A program made the translations under genes and the position numbers. This document shows positions 51,855 to 63,837 of a DNA stretch of 64,000 bases, in pieces (the stretch's first letter is position 1; the number at the start of each line of letters is the position of its first letter). The stretch is from Lama glama. Its lineage: Eukaryota. The notes beneath the pieces were generated by a model. That model saw only the letters and a list, made by a program, of their open reading frames with translations. It was not told the DNA's origin and searched no databases. The stretch spans positions 22,384,001 through 22,448,000 of the forward strand of contig CM052832.1 of assembly GCA_028534125.1 (NCBI GenBank), in the 5' to 3' direction.

Positions 51855-54800
51855 AACCCTTTGCTCAGTGAAGATTTATTATTATAGAAGGTGTTTAATA
51901 CAATAGATTATGGGGTCAAATTTTTTAAAAGTTCTAAAAATTCAGTTAAAGTTTGACAATAAACTTGAATAAGATTTACACAGTATCAAAGTATATTAGT
52001 TCTTAGAAATGAAAAGGTTTTTTTCCCCTTCCTTTAACATGAAATGCCTGAGATGTTCAGGATTTAATGGAACCACATTAGGAACAACATGCCACCATGA
52101 GATACTTTTTTTTTCCTTTGACGGTTTTAAATGATTCTCACTCTTTGGTTGTGCCTATTCAATAAAAGTAGACAAATTAAATGAGAGAAGTCAGGATGTT
52201 TTCCTCTATGAAACCAAAGATCTGAATAATTAGAGCTACCTAGATAAATGACTCAAAATGTTTTTGTTATCTGGTCACTTGATTAGGACACAGCCAACAT
52301 CTAATAGAATGTGTTATCTTATACAACTGCACATAATTTTTGAAAAATAAACAGTGACTTTGTTTCTTTAGAGACATCCAATGCTGTGTGAGTGGCAGAT
52401 GGGAAAATGCCAAGTCTCTCAAATGTCACATCTCTAGCACTTTTCTTCCTTTAGTGGTTTTCATGCCTAAAATATGAAATTAACTAAGGAGCAACACCTA
52501 TCTTCAAAAAATCAAAAATATTTATATTGAGGTGCATAATCTCCCAGCATAAGTTTAAACTGTGCTTAAAGGCTTAGGTAGGGTACGGTAGTCAGGTCTG
52601 ACAGATGCCTGACTCCAACCAACAGAGCCCATGTGACTTGCTTCCTACTGAAATTAAACTGCCAAATAAAAAGGAGGAATTGTCCCCTTTCTTATTAACA
52701 AAGAATGCCATCATTAGAATTCTTCAGATTTGGAATTCCAGCAGTGTTCTTGTGTTTTCCTCTTGATGTGTGACAGGAATGAATATCAAAAATAAAAATA
52801 AAACCTCATCTAAACAAGCAGCCCTTTGACTTTAGAAGGCGCAACAGCAAATACATCAAATTCTAAAAATACCTAAGACCAGTGAAATGTCAAAGCCGAG
52901 GGGAGAACATGCTGGAGAGAGGGGATAGATTTTTAAAATCTTTCAATTTTTTTTTTAAACCAGTAAGCGTTAACTTTGTTCATTTCTGTTGAGACGTTGC
53001 CACTTCGACTGACTACTCAGGGCCATGATATTTCATATTCACATAAATATTTGACTTCGACCTCATAAAAATTCCCTTGGGTCTATAATACTTTTATTCT
53101 TGTATAATCTGAAACAAATCCTTTCCTTTTAAAAATCAAACAGACCACGTTACACACACAGTTGACTAACTATTTACAAAGCACCCAATTAAATCCTACT
53201 TAATTCTCTCACACTCTAAAAATTCCATCTAACTGGTGTGTAGAGTCCTGATCACATTAAATTCAAAATGTTCACAAGCCCTGATGGTCCTGTCTAACCT
53301 ACAAAATGGTACCTTCCTTAAAGACAAAATAAAGTCTCAAAAGTAAGTGTAAGGTTTGAAGAAATGAGACCAGAAATCACAGTACAAGACAGATAAATCT
53401 ACTTTAATATTCACATGTAAAAGTTACACATCACAAGAGATTGGACAGTAGTTTAGCGGTTAACTAACATAGCTATAGTGAAAATCATTTTTATAAAAAA
53501 ATAATCTAGATGCGGTCATCAGAATTTTTGGTCTACTTAAGTTAATGTTTGAAGATCGACTTTTATCCCTGCTTGAAGGATTTGCCATTATGCCTTTCAG
53601 ATTTTTTTTTCTCTCACTGTTGCCTATTAATATTCTTTGGAGGAAGGAAAGCAGAAAGTGTTCATTTCCAAGAGTTTGTCCTTTGGTAGCAAGCAGAGAA
53701 CATTTTTCATTTTTATGATTTAAATAATCTGTACAGACATGAAACTTAGTGACATTAAACTTTAGTGTAAAATGAAGAATGATAAGCATTTTTTTCACTT
53801 TGATAAAACAGTAGATTTCATAAGCTCATAAGGATCCAAACATTTCCCCATCCCATATGCAAAATCATTCAGAATCCATGTGGACCTCAGTTAAGAAATG
53901 AAAAACAAACACTTACTCTTTATATATTACACTATCAAACCCTGTACGTAAAAACTGATAGAGCATATTTTCAACGTGTATGCTTCAAATACAAAGATTT
54001 CAATCTAGGTTAAAGAAAACACATCTGAATGGACTCAGAACAAGTTTATTTTGTGATTAAACATCTCATGCAGTCATGCAAGACCACTAGCTATAACTGT
54101 TACTTCCGAGTCTACAAGACACTGGGCAAAACAAAAACAAATTAAAAGCCAGGCCAAACAGAAAAGACATTCAAGATATCAAGAGCTCTTCAACTGAGCT
54201 GAAAAATAATTTTCCAAAAGAAATATTTGCATGATTAAAAAAAACACACACATAATATTTACAAAAAATATTTAATTAAAAATATCTTATAATTACAGTA
54301 GTCTATTAAAGCATATACTTTCTCACACTTATAGAACATCTCTATATATACATGGTATGAAATGTCACTCAGTTATCTATACAATATGTAACATTCTTGC
54401 AGGGAAAAGAAAGTTCCCTGCCCCCTTATAATCATCTATTTTAAACAATAGATGTCAAAAAAAATATCTACAATGCTCTGGTATATTAGTAAAGCTTCAA
54501 AACAAAAATTGAGCTCCTTGGTCACAAAGTAGGTTTCTAAAGTCGGTTTTACTCGTGATCTCCTATTTATCAGTCCTGTCACACTTAAGCTTAAAAGTTT
54601 AACTGCACCTCCAAAAAACACAGAAATGTACAATTCACAGCGGTTATAAATGAAGAGACAAAAGAGAATACGTATGTAGAATGTTTATGAACGTGCAAAA
54701 AAAAAAAGATGAAACTTTTATTTTTCTTCCCTCTCTCTCTCTTGGAATGAAGAATGAGACGTTTCTAGGATTTGCTGATTTTTTTTTCCTTTCCTCCGCT

Positions 54801-54873
54801 GGCTTTTTCTCTAACTTCTGCTCTTCCCCCTCCCTTTCTAGTGCTCCTGGCTCGGGCTCAGGCGGCCGCACAC
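51855..54873 (-). other. ID4: ID4 non-coding exon 3 / 3' UTR (3' end approximate, alternative ends likely)
   Basis: Acceptor TTCCTCTTCCACAG|GTGTGCGG at 54874/54873. Repeat-free AT-rich sequence. Minus-strand AATAAA at 54045-54050, 53093-53098 and 51875-51880 (the last followed by GU-rich GTTTGTGGTTTT), and ATTAAA at 53403-53408. Confidence 0.8.
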
Positions 54874-54919
54874 CTGTGGAAGAGGAATGAATAGAGGGGG
54901 TGTGTGAACCTTCCCGCTG

Positions 54920-54935
54920 CAGACTAACTGGCGCC
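54920..54935 (-). promoter_or_regulatory. BMP/SMAD response element (GGCGCC-N5-GTCTG) in ID4 intron 2
   Basis: Plus strand reads CAGAC TAACT GGCGCC, an exact match to the composite SMAD1/5-SMAD4 element with 5-bp spacing characteristic of ID genes. Confidence 0.7.
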
Positions 54936-55446
54936 ACCGACCAAACTCAAGACATGCTTGATCAACAACCCAAAACAAACCACCAGGTCAGACTACACCC
55001 GCGGTCCGCGGCCCGGCCAGGCAGCTGCGGGCCCCCGGGAAGCCCGTATAGGGAACCCACCCCCGGGCCCTGCCTGCGTCCTCTTTGGTGGGTGTCAGAC
55101 TGCGCGGGGGCACATTGGGCACCACGCCCACGAGGTGACCCTCCTTCGGCGGCGGGAAGAAGGGCTGTTAGAGCCCTCCGGTCACCGGGGGGCGGCGGGG
55201 GCATGAGCTGATCCGTCCCATTTCGAGTGAATTCCCAAGATACTAAATAAAGCTAAGTACCGGTTCACTTACTAACTGGGTGGCGGTGGCGGGGAGGGGG
55301 GGTGTCCGCCTCCTTGGGAATTTGCCTTCAGAAATGTTGGGGGCAAGGAACACTACTGTGGCTGGCAGCGGAAACCCCCGGACACCGGCGTCTCCGGTGA
55401 CCAGCCACTCGAAAAGGGAAACGCGCGCTCACCTGGACAGCGCGGC

Positions 55447-55491
55447 TCAGCGGCACAGAATGCTGTCGCCCTGCTTGTTCACCGCGCCGGC
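55447..55491 (-). CDS. ID4: ID4 coding exon 2 ([14 protein letters not shown]); exon spans 55491-55433
   Basis: Acceptor TGTTCCAG|GCC at 55492/55491, TGA at 55449-55447, donor CAG|GTGAGC at 55433/55432. The spliced CDS totals 161 aa, the known ID4 length. Confidence 0.97.
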   Translation of the reverse strand, partial: AGAVNKQGDSILCR

Positions 55492-55884
55492 CTGGAACAG
55501 CAACCGAACACCAAGGGAAAGGTTAGCCGGCGCGAACATCGTACTCGTCACGGTCCTCGATTCGTTCTCGGAACCTAGGCTGGCCCGTCGACGCCCCCAC
55601 CCAAGCCTGCAGCCCTGGGGACGCCCCCTCCCCCCGGGCACAGGCTGGACTTGACAGCCCAGGATGCGCACAGCCCTAGTCCCGCCCCGCGCGTTCACCC
55701 GGCCGGCGATCGCGGCACCGAGCCCGCCGCAGGCGGCTCCCGGCGCCCGGAGGAGCCGGAGGGCGCAACTGTCATTCTCGGCCGCCCTATTCCCGAGGAA
55801 GGGAAGCGCCCGCGTCCGACCATCCTGCCACCGCCCTCCTGGATCCCCGAGGCGTCCGCTCCGGGCCGGCACCCAGCCTCTCAC

Positions 55885-56325
55885 CGGGTCGGTGTTGAGC
55901 GCCGTGAGCGGGGTCCGCGGCGGCGCGGCCGGACAGGTCCCGGCCGGGTGGTGCGGCGGCGCCGGCGGTGGCGGCTGCCTCAGCAGAGCCGGGTGCGTCT
56001 CCAGCGCCAGCTGCAGGTCCAGGATGTAGTCGATAACGTGCTGCAGGATCTCCACTTTGCTGACTTTCTTGTTGGGCGGGATGGTGGGCACCAGCCTCCG
56101 CAGGCGGCTGTAGCAGTCGTTCATATCGCACTGCAGGCACAGCGCCGGCTCGTCGGCCGCCGCCTCGGCCGCCTTGCAGCGCGCTGCCGCCGCCGCGGCC
56201 GCCGCAGCCGCCGAGCCGCCCAGGCTGTGGCCGTGCTCGGCCAGGCAACGCAGCGCCAGCTCCCCGCCGCCGCAGCCCGACGGCGCCTTACGGCCCGAAG
56301 GGCGCACCGGGCTCACCGCCTTCAT
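55885..56325 (-). CDS. ID4: ID4 coding exon 1 (147 codons: N-terminus, 10-Ala tract, HLH domain without basic region, Pro-rich region)
   Basis: ATG at 56325 gives [38 protein letters not shown](A10)RC...[46 protein letters not shown]...[11 protein letters not shown], followed by the donor CCG|GTGAGA. Confidence 0.98.
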
Positions 56326-56765
56326 CACGCGCGCCCTGCGCCCTGCGCCCTGAGCAAGACGACCCGCTGGGGCGAGCAAGGGAGGCAGGCAAGCTCCGGG
56401 CCCCCTCCCGCGGCCGCGGCCGGCTCCGCTCCCCCTTCCTTTGCGCCCCGCGCGCTCGGTCCGCGCTCGGGGCACCTCGAAGCTCCCGGCGATCCCGCGC
56501 CCAACAATTGACGGGAGGGTCGCTCCGGGTTTTGTAAGGGGATCTCTGCTCAGTGGGCGACACTCGGCCGGGACCAAAAGGCAAGAAAAATCAAAAGCAC
56601 CGGAAGAAAAGCAGCCCACCAGGTTCCCTAGTCACTCCCTTCGGACCTCCGACTACAGCCCGGCCGCCGCCGCTGCCGCGCTCCCCCTAGCCCGAGATTT
56701 TCCCACTCGCGGCACCTACTCGCAACCGCGCCTTTTCTACGCTCTCGCCCAGCCCGCCGCGCAGC

Positions 56766-57010
56766 TATATTTATAAGCCGCGCGCCCCGGGGGCGGGGCC
56801 AGCGCGTTGGCCGGGTCGCCTCGCCAGGCGAGCAGAGCCAGGCTGGGCGCGCGGGCGGGTGCGCGGAGGGAGGCGGCGAGGGCGGGGGCTTCGGGCGGTG
56901 CTGGGGGGCGGGGAGCCGGGCAACCCGAGCGGAGGGGTGGGCGGGGGGTAGGAAGTGGCCAGCCAATCAGGCGGACGGTGCCACCTCAGGGAATGACGCT
57001 TGGGCCAATG
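56766..57010 (-). promoter_or_regulatory. ID4: ID4 core/proximal promoter
   Basis: TATAAATATA on the minus strand at 56775-56766, GC box GGGGCGGGGC at ~56790, CCAAT boxes at ~56963 and ~57005, CRE half-site TGACG at ~56994. Confidence 0.85.
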
Positions 57011-60000
57011 GGAAGGGCACTCCATTCCGTCAACGCTGTGGGTCGGGGCTCTGAGGAAAGAGAGCTGGGCGGGAGTCGGGCCCGGCTGGTGCGTGCCCAA
57101 GGGAGGGGGAAAGAGAGAGAGAAGTTCCTGCGAAGAACTGCGGGAATGTGCGGCTGGAATTCTCTCTCCCCCGGCTTAGGCTGCTGAGGGAGCGCTGGGC
57201 CCTGCTCGAGGCTCTCCTGCCACTCCTAATAGCGCGGCGTCCAGGGACCCTCTGCCACCCATCACTCCATCCCTGGGATTCCAGTGCCTTAAGAAGGACG
57301 CCGTTCAAGAAGGCATGTTCATTCTCTTCTGTATTTCCCCCCTCCATTTCATTATTCGCCTTTTCACAATTGCCGAAACCATAATGATGGAATGGAATGC
57401 GTAGCCTTTCCGTTCCTGTTTTAAAAACGTTCAAGCTTAGGGGGAAAAAAAGTGGGAAAGAGTGCCAAATGTAGATTTTTGGTGAAGGGACATATAGATA
57501 AAACCAAAACGTCGTAGGGCTTTTCTTTTATCCATCTAGAAGTAAAAGTGGGCTCAAGAAATGCAGTTGCCTTGAGCATTAAATTAGAGCACGTAAGTAT
57601 TAAAAATGCATGGGCACAGAGTATTTAAAATTCCACCATGACATATAATATTAATCCGTTTTATGTAAAATTCATACCTGTAACTTAATGTAGGCCATTA
57701 ATGCACCGCTTCACGTATTAGTCAACGTACCTCGCTTTAAATAGGATACTAAGAATGTCCAGTCTCCTCCTTTTGCAACGAAGCATTAAAATTCACACTT
57801 GCAGTCCCCGGAGTCCTGCTTGGGCACCCCCCTGCAGAAAAGTCTGTCAATTAAGGACGTTTCCGTGTTAGATTTCTAATGGGAAAGCTGTCCTTCACTG
57901 GTTCAAAACAAAATTGCACAACGAACTTTTATAGGGCCTTGTGTATACTCTGCAAGAAAAGAAAGATGAGCCCTTCAGATGAGAAATGAGCATAAAAACT
58001 GCGGACAGGAATTTTGTGTGCCTTTACCCTGCAAACCTCCTACGTTCAGACAAGCGAAGAGATGAATTAACTCGAGAATTTTCTTCATTTGTGTACGTGA
58101 TATGGATGGGTGCCTTCATTTTTTTTTTTACAGATAATTGAAAGAAAGAGATATGACCTCATCTCTTCCTGTCTGCCCTCTGTAAGGAAACCCTCCCTCC
58201 CTTCCCAGAACTGAAATACCTGCATTAAGCAGGGATTTTGTTTAGCCACATGGGTACCTTATGACTATTCCACTGCTATTTCCCCAGAGCACATTCCTTT
58301 TTCCTGATGAAATGAGCAGTGACTGTTTACTGCTGGTTTCACAGGTAGATGCAACAACCCTCCTCTCCTCTAATCCTTATACATTATGGCCTCTGACAAT
58401 TGCTTAGAATCAAGTGACACTCTTATTTACTTATGTGCATACCTAGATTGTCTACATACACGCTTATCAAGAAAAGCAGAATTAGAAAACTTAAAAGAAG
58501 GCTCTCATCTAAATATAGGCATAGTTTTATATATCCTTATTAATATAAATATACACAGAATAGATAGAAAGTTGGACCAGGGAGCACTGCGGGGTGCAAG
58601 CTGTTCCCTTGGAATCAATCACATCAGCACAGGTGATAATAACAAGAGGATATATGTATAGACATTTTGTTCTATTGATTTTTCTCTTTCCTAGAGTTTA
58701 AACGCTGCTCCAAAATTTAAAACTTAGAATTTTTCTGTTTGGCAAAATTTAACTATGCTAATATGCCCAGGGAACACTCACATTTCAGAACTTTACATAT
58801 CCTAGGTTGATTAAAAGTAAGATTTAAGTTTGAAGTAGGTGACACAAAGGGACAATCATATCCATCTTTTTGGACTTGGTGAAATCTCAGAGCCATGCCC
58901 TTGGGTGCGGCAAGTGCCAAATACCGAAGTTTCAAGTTTTGTTGGGGTTGCTCTGTGTGATTGGCTTAAAGTCAGAAAGACTGAGTGACTGTGGGACTGT
59001 GGTGGTGGGGGCTGGGGGTTAAGGTAGAGGAATGTACTCTGGCCACACGATCAGAAACACCCCGTGATTCCCCATATCCTGCCAACAGAGGAGGCAGAAA
59101 CAGTGATTATATTCCTCTTTGGGAAGGTTGGAAGGCATGAAGACATTTGAAAAATCAAAGTACTACATAAAACATTATACAGTGGCAATAAGGTGGACAT
59201 CCTGTGCTTTGTCGGCCGGGAAGCCAGAGGGTACTAGGGGCTACACACTGTATGTTTTGATCCGTAGACACAGTCACTTACATGACGTCAAAGCTGAAGT
59301 CACGAAAGACTCCAGGCACTGACAGTTCAAAACAGAGTTTACTCAGCAGTTGCCTGCTTTTGGAGAAATTTTACAAGCTACGTGATTTCTGCCATGTAGA
59401 GAAGGAAATTCAGTTTCCCAAGACTCTTCCTTTCACATCTAACTGCTTCACTCGCACTTGTGAAAATAAGGTGGGTTAGCCAAAAGCCCTTTGCCGTGAA
59501 AGTGCTAGAGACTTCTAAAATATACCTCGTTGGGAACCAGGGATGAAATATTCATAGGAGAATTGCTAGGGAGTCCTGGTGACCAGAGTCATGTGTACAC
59601 CCCTCCTCCAGACAAAGGGGTCTGCAGCCCTTTCTGGGGATGCTTTCTAGATGCTAATCAGACCCTTGCTGAACTGCAACACCCAGGCTCTTAGAATTCA
59701 CAATCACCCTGTGTTTACATGAAGCAAGGGTATCCAAGCATATTGTGCTATTCAGCTCAAATGCCTTTTTAGGACTTGATACTTCTTTCTCCCTGGCCTG
59801 CAGTGAAACAGTGGGTGGGCTCAGGCACACAGATAAACATGAGCGTTCCCATGCCTTGGTCCCTCTCTGGATGTAAGTGGTCACTGAAGGAGGCACATGC
59901 ATTCTTTCTGGTCATAAGAAACCACTGTGTACCCTGCTGCAGGAATGTCCCCTGCTCAAACAGTAAATTGAGCAGTGAGGCAGTTCAAGCTCAAGGCTGC

Positions 60001-60299
60001 TTTATCTGACAGTAAGCGTTGCCAGCTTACTTGTGCTACCCTTGGGCTGCTGATACCGGTCCCGGAAACGCTGATAACCTCTTGGTTTGCCCAGTCTTGG
60101 AAAAGGCTTATAGGAAAAGGACTTTATATGTTGAATATAGCTGGGTAGATGTGGCCATCAAGTATGCCTACTTCAGGAGTTTTAAAAGGTCTGTTGAAGT
60201 AAGACGTAGGTGATTTTTTTAAAAGCCCACCTCAGACAGATTAAGAACAGAAAATGAGAAGAAAAAGGTGTCATTTGTTTTTACTTTGGGGAAATGTCA

Positions 60300-60525
60300 G
60301 GAGCATAGGCTCAAAATCAGACAGCCTGGGTCCAGTTTTGGCTCCTTGATTTACTAGTTTTATATCATTAAGCTGGATTCGTCAATTCTTGTGCCTTTTA
60401 TTTATGAAATGAAGATTAAAAACTGTATCTACTTTATAAGATGTTTATATATATAGACTTACATAAATTTTTTAGAACAGTATTTGGCACATAATGTGTG
60501 CAAACAATGTTAAAATTTATTATTA
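60300..60525 (+). mobile_element. MIR SINE
   Basis: GAGCATAGGCTCAAAATCAGACAGCCTGGGTCCAG...TTTAGAACAGTATTTGGCACATAATG. Confidence 0.7.
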
Positions 60526-60727
60526 TTTTGGGTAACTATTATCTTCCAGTGTGTGGCTTGTCTTTTTCATTCACTTAGTCTTTTGAGAGCAGTTTGTAAT
60601 TTTGATGATGTTCAGTTTTTCCATTTGTTCTTTCAGGGATTATGCTTTTTGGTATTGTATCCATCTAAGAAATATTTGTATAACCCAAGGTTACAAAATT
60701 TTTCTCCTAGAAGTTTTATAATTTTGG

Positions 60728-60902
60728 GGGAGAGGTGGTTTCACAGGCCTGCAACTTATCCAGTCCCACAGGGTCCTGTGCTTGGAAGGGTCCATGCTTG
60801 GTTTCATGTTCTGCTGTTACCATCTTGAAATTCTCGGTAATTTCTGAACAAAGGGAACCTTTTCATTTTGCATTGGACCCACATGTTATGTAGCCAGTGC
60901 TG
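60728..60902 (+). mobile_element. MER91-like hAT DNA transposon inserted in the L1
   Basis: GGAAGGGTCCATGCTTGGTTTCATGTTCTGCTGTTACCATCTTGAAATTC...TTTTCATTTTGCATTGGACCCAC...TTATGTAGCCAGTGCTG. The L1 resumes on both sides. Confidence 0.7.
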
Positions 60903-61841
60903 GTTTATGTTTCATGCTTAGGCCTGTGATCTATTTTGAGGTTATTTTTGTTTTTGGTTCAAGATATGGATTAAAGTTAATATTTTTGCGCATATATATA
61001 TATATATAATTGTTCCAGCATCCCTTGTTGAAAAGACTATCCTTTTTCCATTGGATTGCCTTTGCACCTTTATCAAAAATTGGTGGTATATATGTATGGT
61101 CTATTTCTGGCCTCTGAATTTTGTTCCGCTGGCCCACTTGTCTGTTTTTACACTATGTCCACGCTGTCTTGATTACATAGGTTTACAATAAGTTTCGAAA
61201 CCAGTCAGTGCTGATTGACTGATCCCCCAATTTTGTTATTCTTTTTCAAAGTTGTTTGGCTATTCTGGGTATGTTGCATTTCCATGAATGTTAGAATCAG
61301 TTTTGTGAATTTCCTCAAAAAAGGCATTGTATCCAAAATATATAAAAAACATACCCAAATATATAATGAACTCTCAAAACTCAATAAGAAAACAAACAAC
61401 CCAATTAAGAAGTGGGTACAAGAGTCGATCAGACAATCAACCAAGAATGAGCACGTGAAGAGATGCTAATCATTTCGGTCATGCTTCAGAATTGCCATGA
61501 GATACCACTACACACCTGTCAGAACTGCTAAAATTAAAAAGACTGACCATACTAAATATTGATAAGAAGGTGGGACAATTTGAACTCTCTACACTGCTGG
61601 TGGGCATGTAAAATGAGAAAAAAAATCACCTTGGAAAACAGTTTGGCAGTTTCTTAAAAAGTTAAACGTACACATACCATATGACCCATCCATTCCACTG
61701 CTAGGCATCTATCCAAGACAGAAAAAATCAAATATCCAAGGTCCGCAAAGAGGCATGAGAATGATGGCTAAGTTTATTATCTTGATCTTGGTAATGGTTT
61801 CATGGGTATATAATATTTTGAAACTTATCAAGTTGTACAAC

Positions 61842-61843
<2 letters not shown>

Positions 61844-61882
<39 letters not shown>

Positions 61883-61888
61883 TTATCT
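61844..61888. repeat. (TATC)n microsatellite
   Basis: Direct reading. Confidence 0.95.
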
Positions 61889-63837
61889 TATATATTGTAT
61901 GCCAATTATATCTCCATAGAGCTGTTAAAAAACTCTTAATTTTAAAAATTAACGTTAGGATCTCAGAAAAGTTCCTTCTATGAGACCACCAGGATTTGTA
62001 TTCTAACTTCCATAGGTGGGCATTTTAGAGTCTGCTCTCTCTTTTAAACTCTGTATCATATTGCTCTCAGTTAGGCATCATGGCATTAGCTGAATGCTGG
62101 TGAGATATGATCCAAAGCAGGCATGAGACATATACTGATTTGCTGTATCAGCCATTGTTATTATCCATGAGCATATTCAGTCACTTGCCAGAAGTGGACT
62201 ATGCTAAACCACATCCACTCCTCCAAGTTTTGTATTGCTTTGATGTAACTTGGATTTGAGGCTCAGAGGAGGACTCACCTTGATTGTTTGGAATACTTTT
62301 TCCTTATGCAAAAACTAAAGCTAGGATGTGGACTCTCATCTCTGTGCTTCACCCCAGTTGTGACCTCTTCTGTCTCAATTACTCCAAATTAGCAGCTGCC
62401 TGGGGGCAAATGCACACTGGGTGGAAAAGATACGAAGCCTCATTACTGTATTCAGGATGGCCTAGCATTTTTCCTCTTCACCCTTTCCTTCTCAAGAAGA
62501 TAAACAATCTAACAGGATTAAGCACATTCACTTCTACAGCAGGAAGCAAAAATTCCCAATTCAATTCACCAGGTTTTTGCCTTTAAAATCCTGTGGCTCA
62601 TCTGTAGCCTCAGCTTCTCCATCTGGCAAGAGGAAGGATTACAAGGATGGAGTGAGGATTAGCTGCTTTGAAAGCCCCAGGAGAAAGGCAGTAAGTAAAC
62701 AATAGGGGGCAGTACACTTGTGCATAATAGATACTCAGTGTCCATTGATGTCTGTGCCATTATCGAAGCGGGCTTGTAATAGGTAAAATGGCTATGAAGA
62801 TGCCAGAGAGACCAAGTTCTTGCTTTGGCTCATCATTATCCTTTAGTAGAGAAATCTAACACAAAATTTATCTATTTATTTGCTTATTTATTTATTGTTT
62901 AAAATTTCATCCCAGTTAATATTGAGATATATTTGTCTGCTGCATTCTTTCTTTGAGCGGGTAGTCATGCAAGTCATTGCTAGGAATTGTTCCACTCACA
63001 AATTACTGCTACACTTCACTGATGGAGGGGTTTTAGTTACAATTCCCTTTCTTTTCAAGTGAGTGCAAAATAATCCCAGAATATAGAAAAAGCACACGTA
63101 AATGCATTTTCAGCAGTTAGAGGAAAGACACCAAATAAATAGTAATTGGCTTCATGTCTTGGAACTGAATGGTGACTAGGAATCCCTTATAGTCAATCTG
63201 CCTTCACTGAGAAAAAACTTTCCCGTTTTGTTGATAACTAGGTCATGGTTCCTAAGAACGGATACAGTATTCTAGAAACAGTTGCATTATTTTTTTTTCC
63301 CCTGGAGAGGAGTTTTGGAGACCGTGTTGTGGATCTCACACAGTTGTCTGGTTGTTGGATGACTCACGGTGCCAGGGAACTGAGTACCTGCGGTGGAAAA
63401 TGACTGTGTGGAAAGTAGATGAACAGCATGAAAACTCACTTGTATGTGGAATAATTAAACTAGTACGTTTTTCTACCAGCAAAACACATGCACAAAGCAC
63501 TAAAGGAATTAAAGACGCAGAATTAAAGAAAAAGGGACTGAGTTAACTTTGAATTTTATCAACACTGGTAATTGTACATGAAAATAGTTCAGTTTAAACA
63601 AGCCGTCCCTTTGGGTAAAACTATTTTCTCTTGAATAGAATTAAATGATATTATAATCTTTAAAGACTAAAAGCCTTAGTGAAATGTTTTTTCTTAAAAT
63701 ACAAGTGCTTGACAGGATCATCTAAAATTTTGATAAAGCCTTAGATAACACTTAGTCTGATAGAACCATATTTACCGTTTGTAAAACGTCTTGCTCATTA
63801 GGTCAGCATTAAGGTATGATTCTCTGTTTAAAAAAAA

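Larger units (their letters stand above)
54850..57300. promoter_or_regulatory. CpG island covering ID4 promoter, exons 1-2 and both introns
   Basis: Very GC- and CpG-rich over ~2.4 kb against an AT-rich, CpG-depleted background. Confidence 0.95.
60530..61930. mobile_element. Old L1 with 5' inversion (minus 60530-61320, plus 61320-61930)
   Basis: The antisense ORF2 segment (QRNKIQRPEIDHTYIPPIFDKGAKAIQWKKDSLFNKGCWNN) is joined to a sense segment that continues ORF2 into the 3' UTR. Confidence 0.85.

Noticed and set aside
55651..56511. 286-aa antisense ORF and other ORFs in the CpG island
   Set aside because: Arg/Pro/Gly-rich shadows of GC-rich sequence, with non-ATG starts and no recognisable domain.
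55447..56619. 390-aa ORF taken as the ID4 protein
   Set aside because: It begins at a GTG and includes 5' UTR and intron 1. Canonical splice sites give the known 161-aa protein. The open frame is reported separately as findings.
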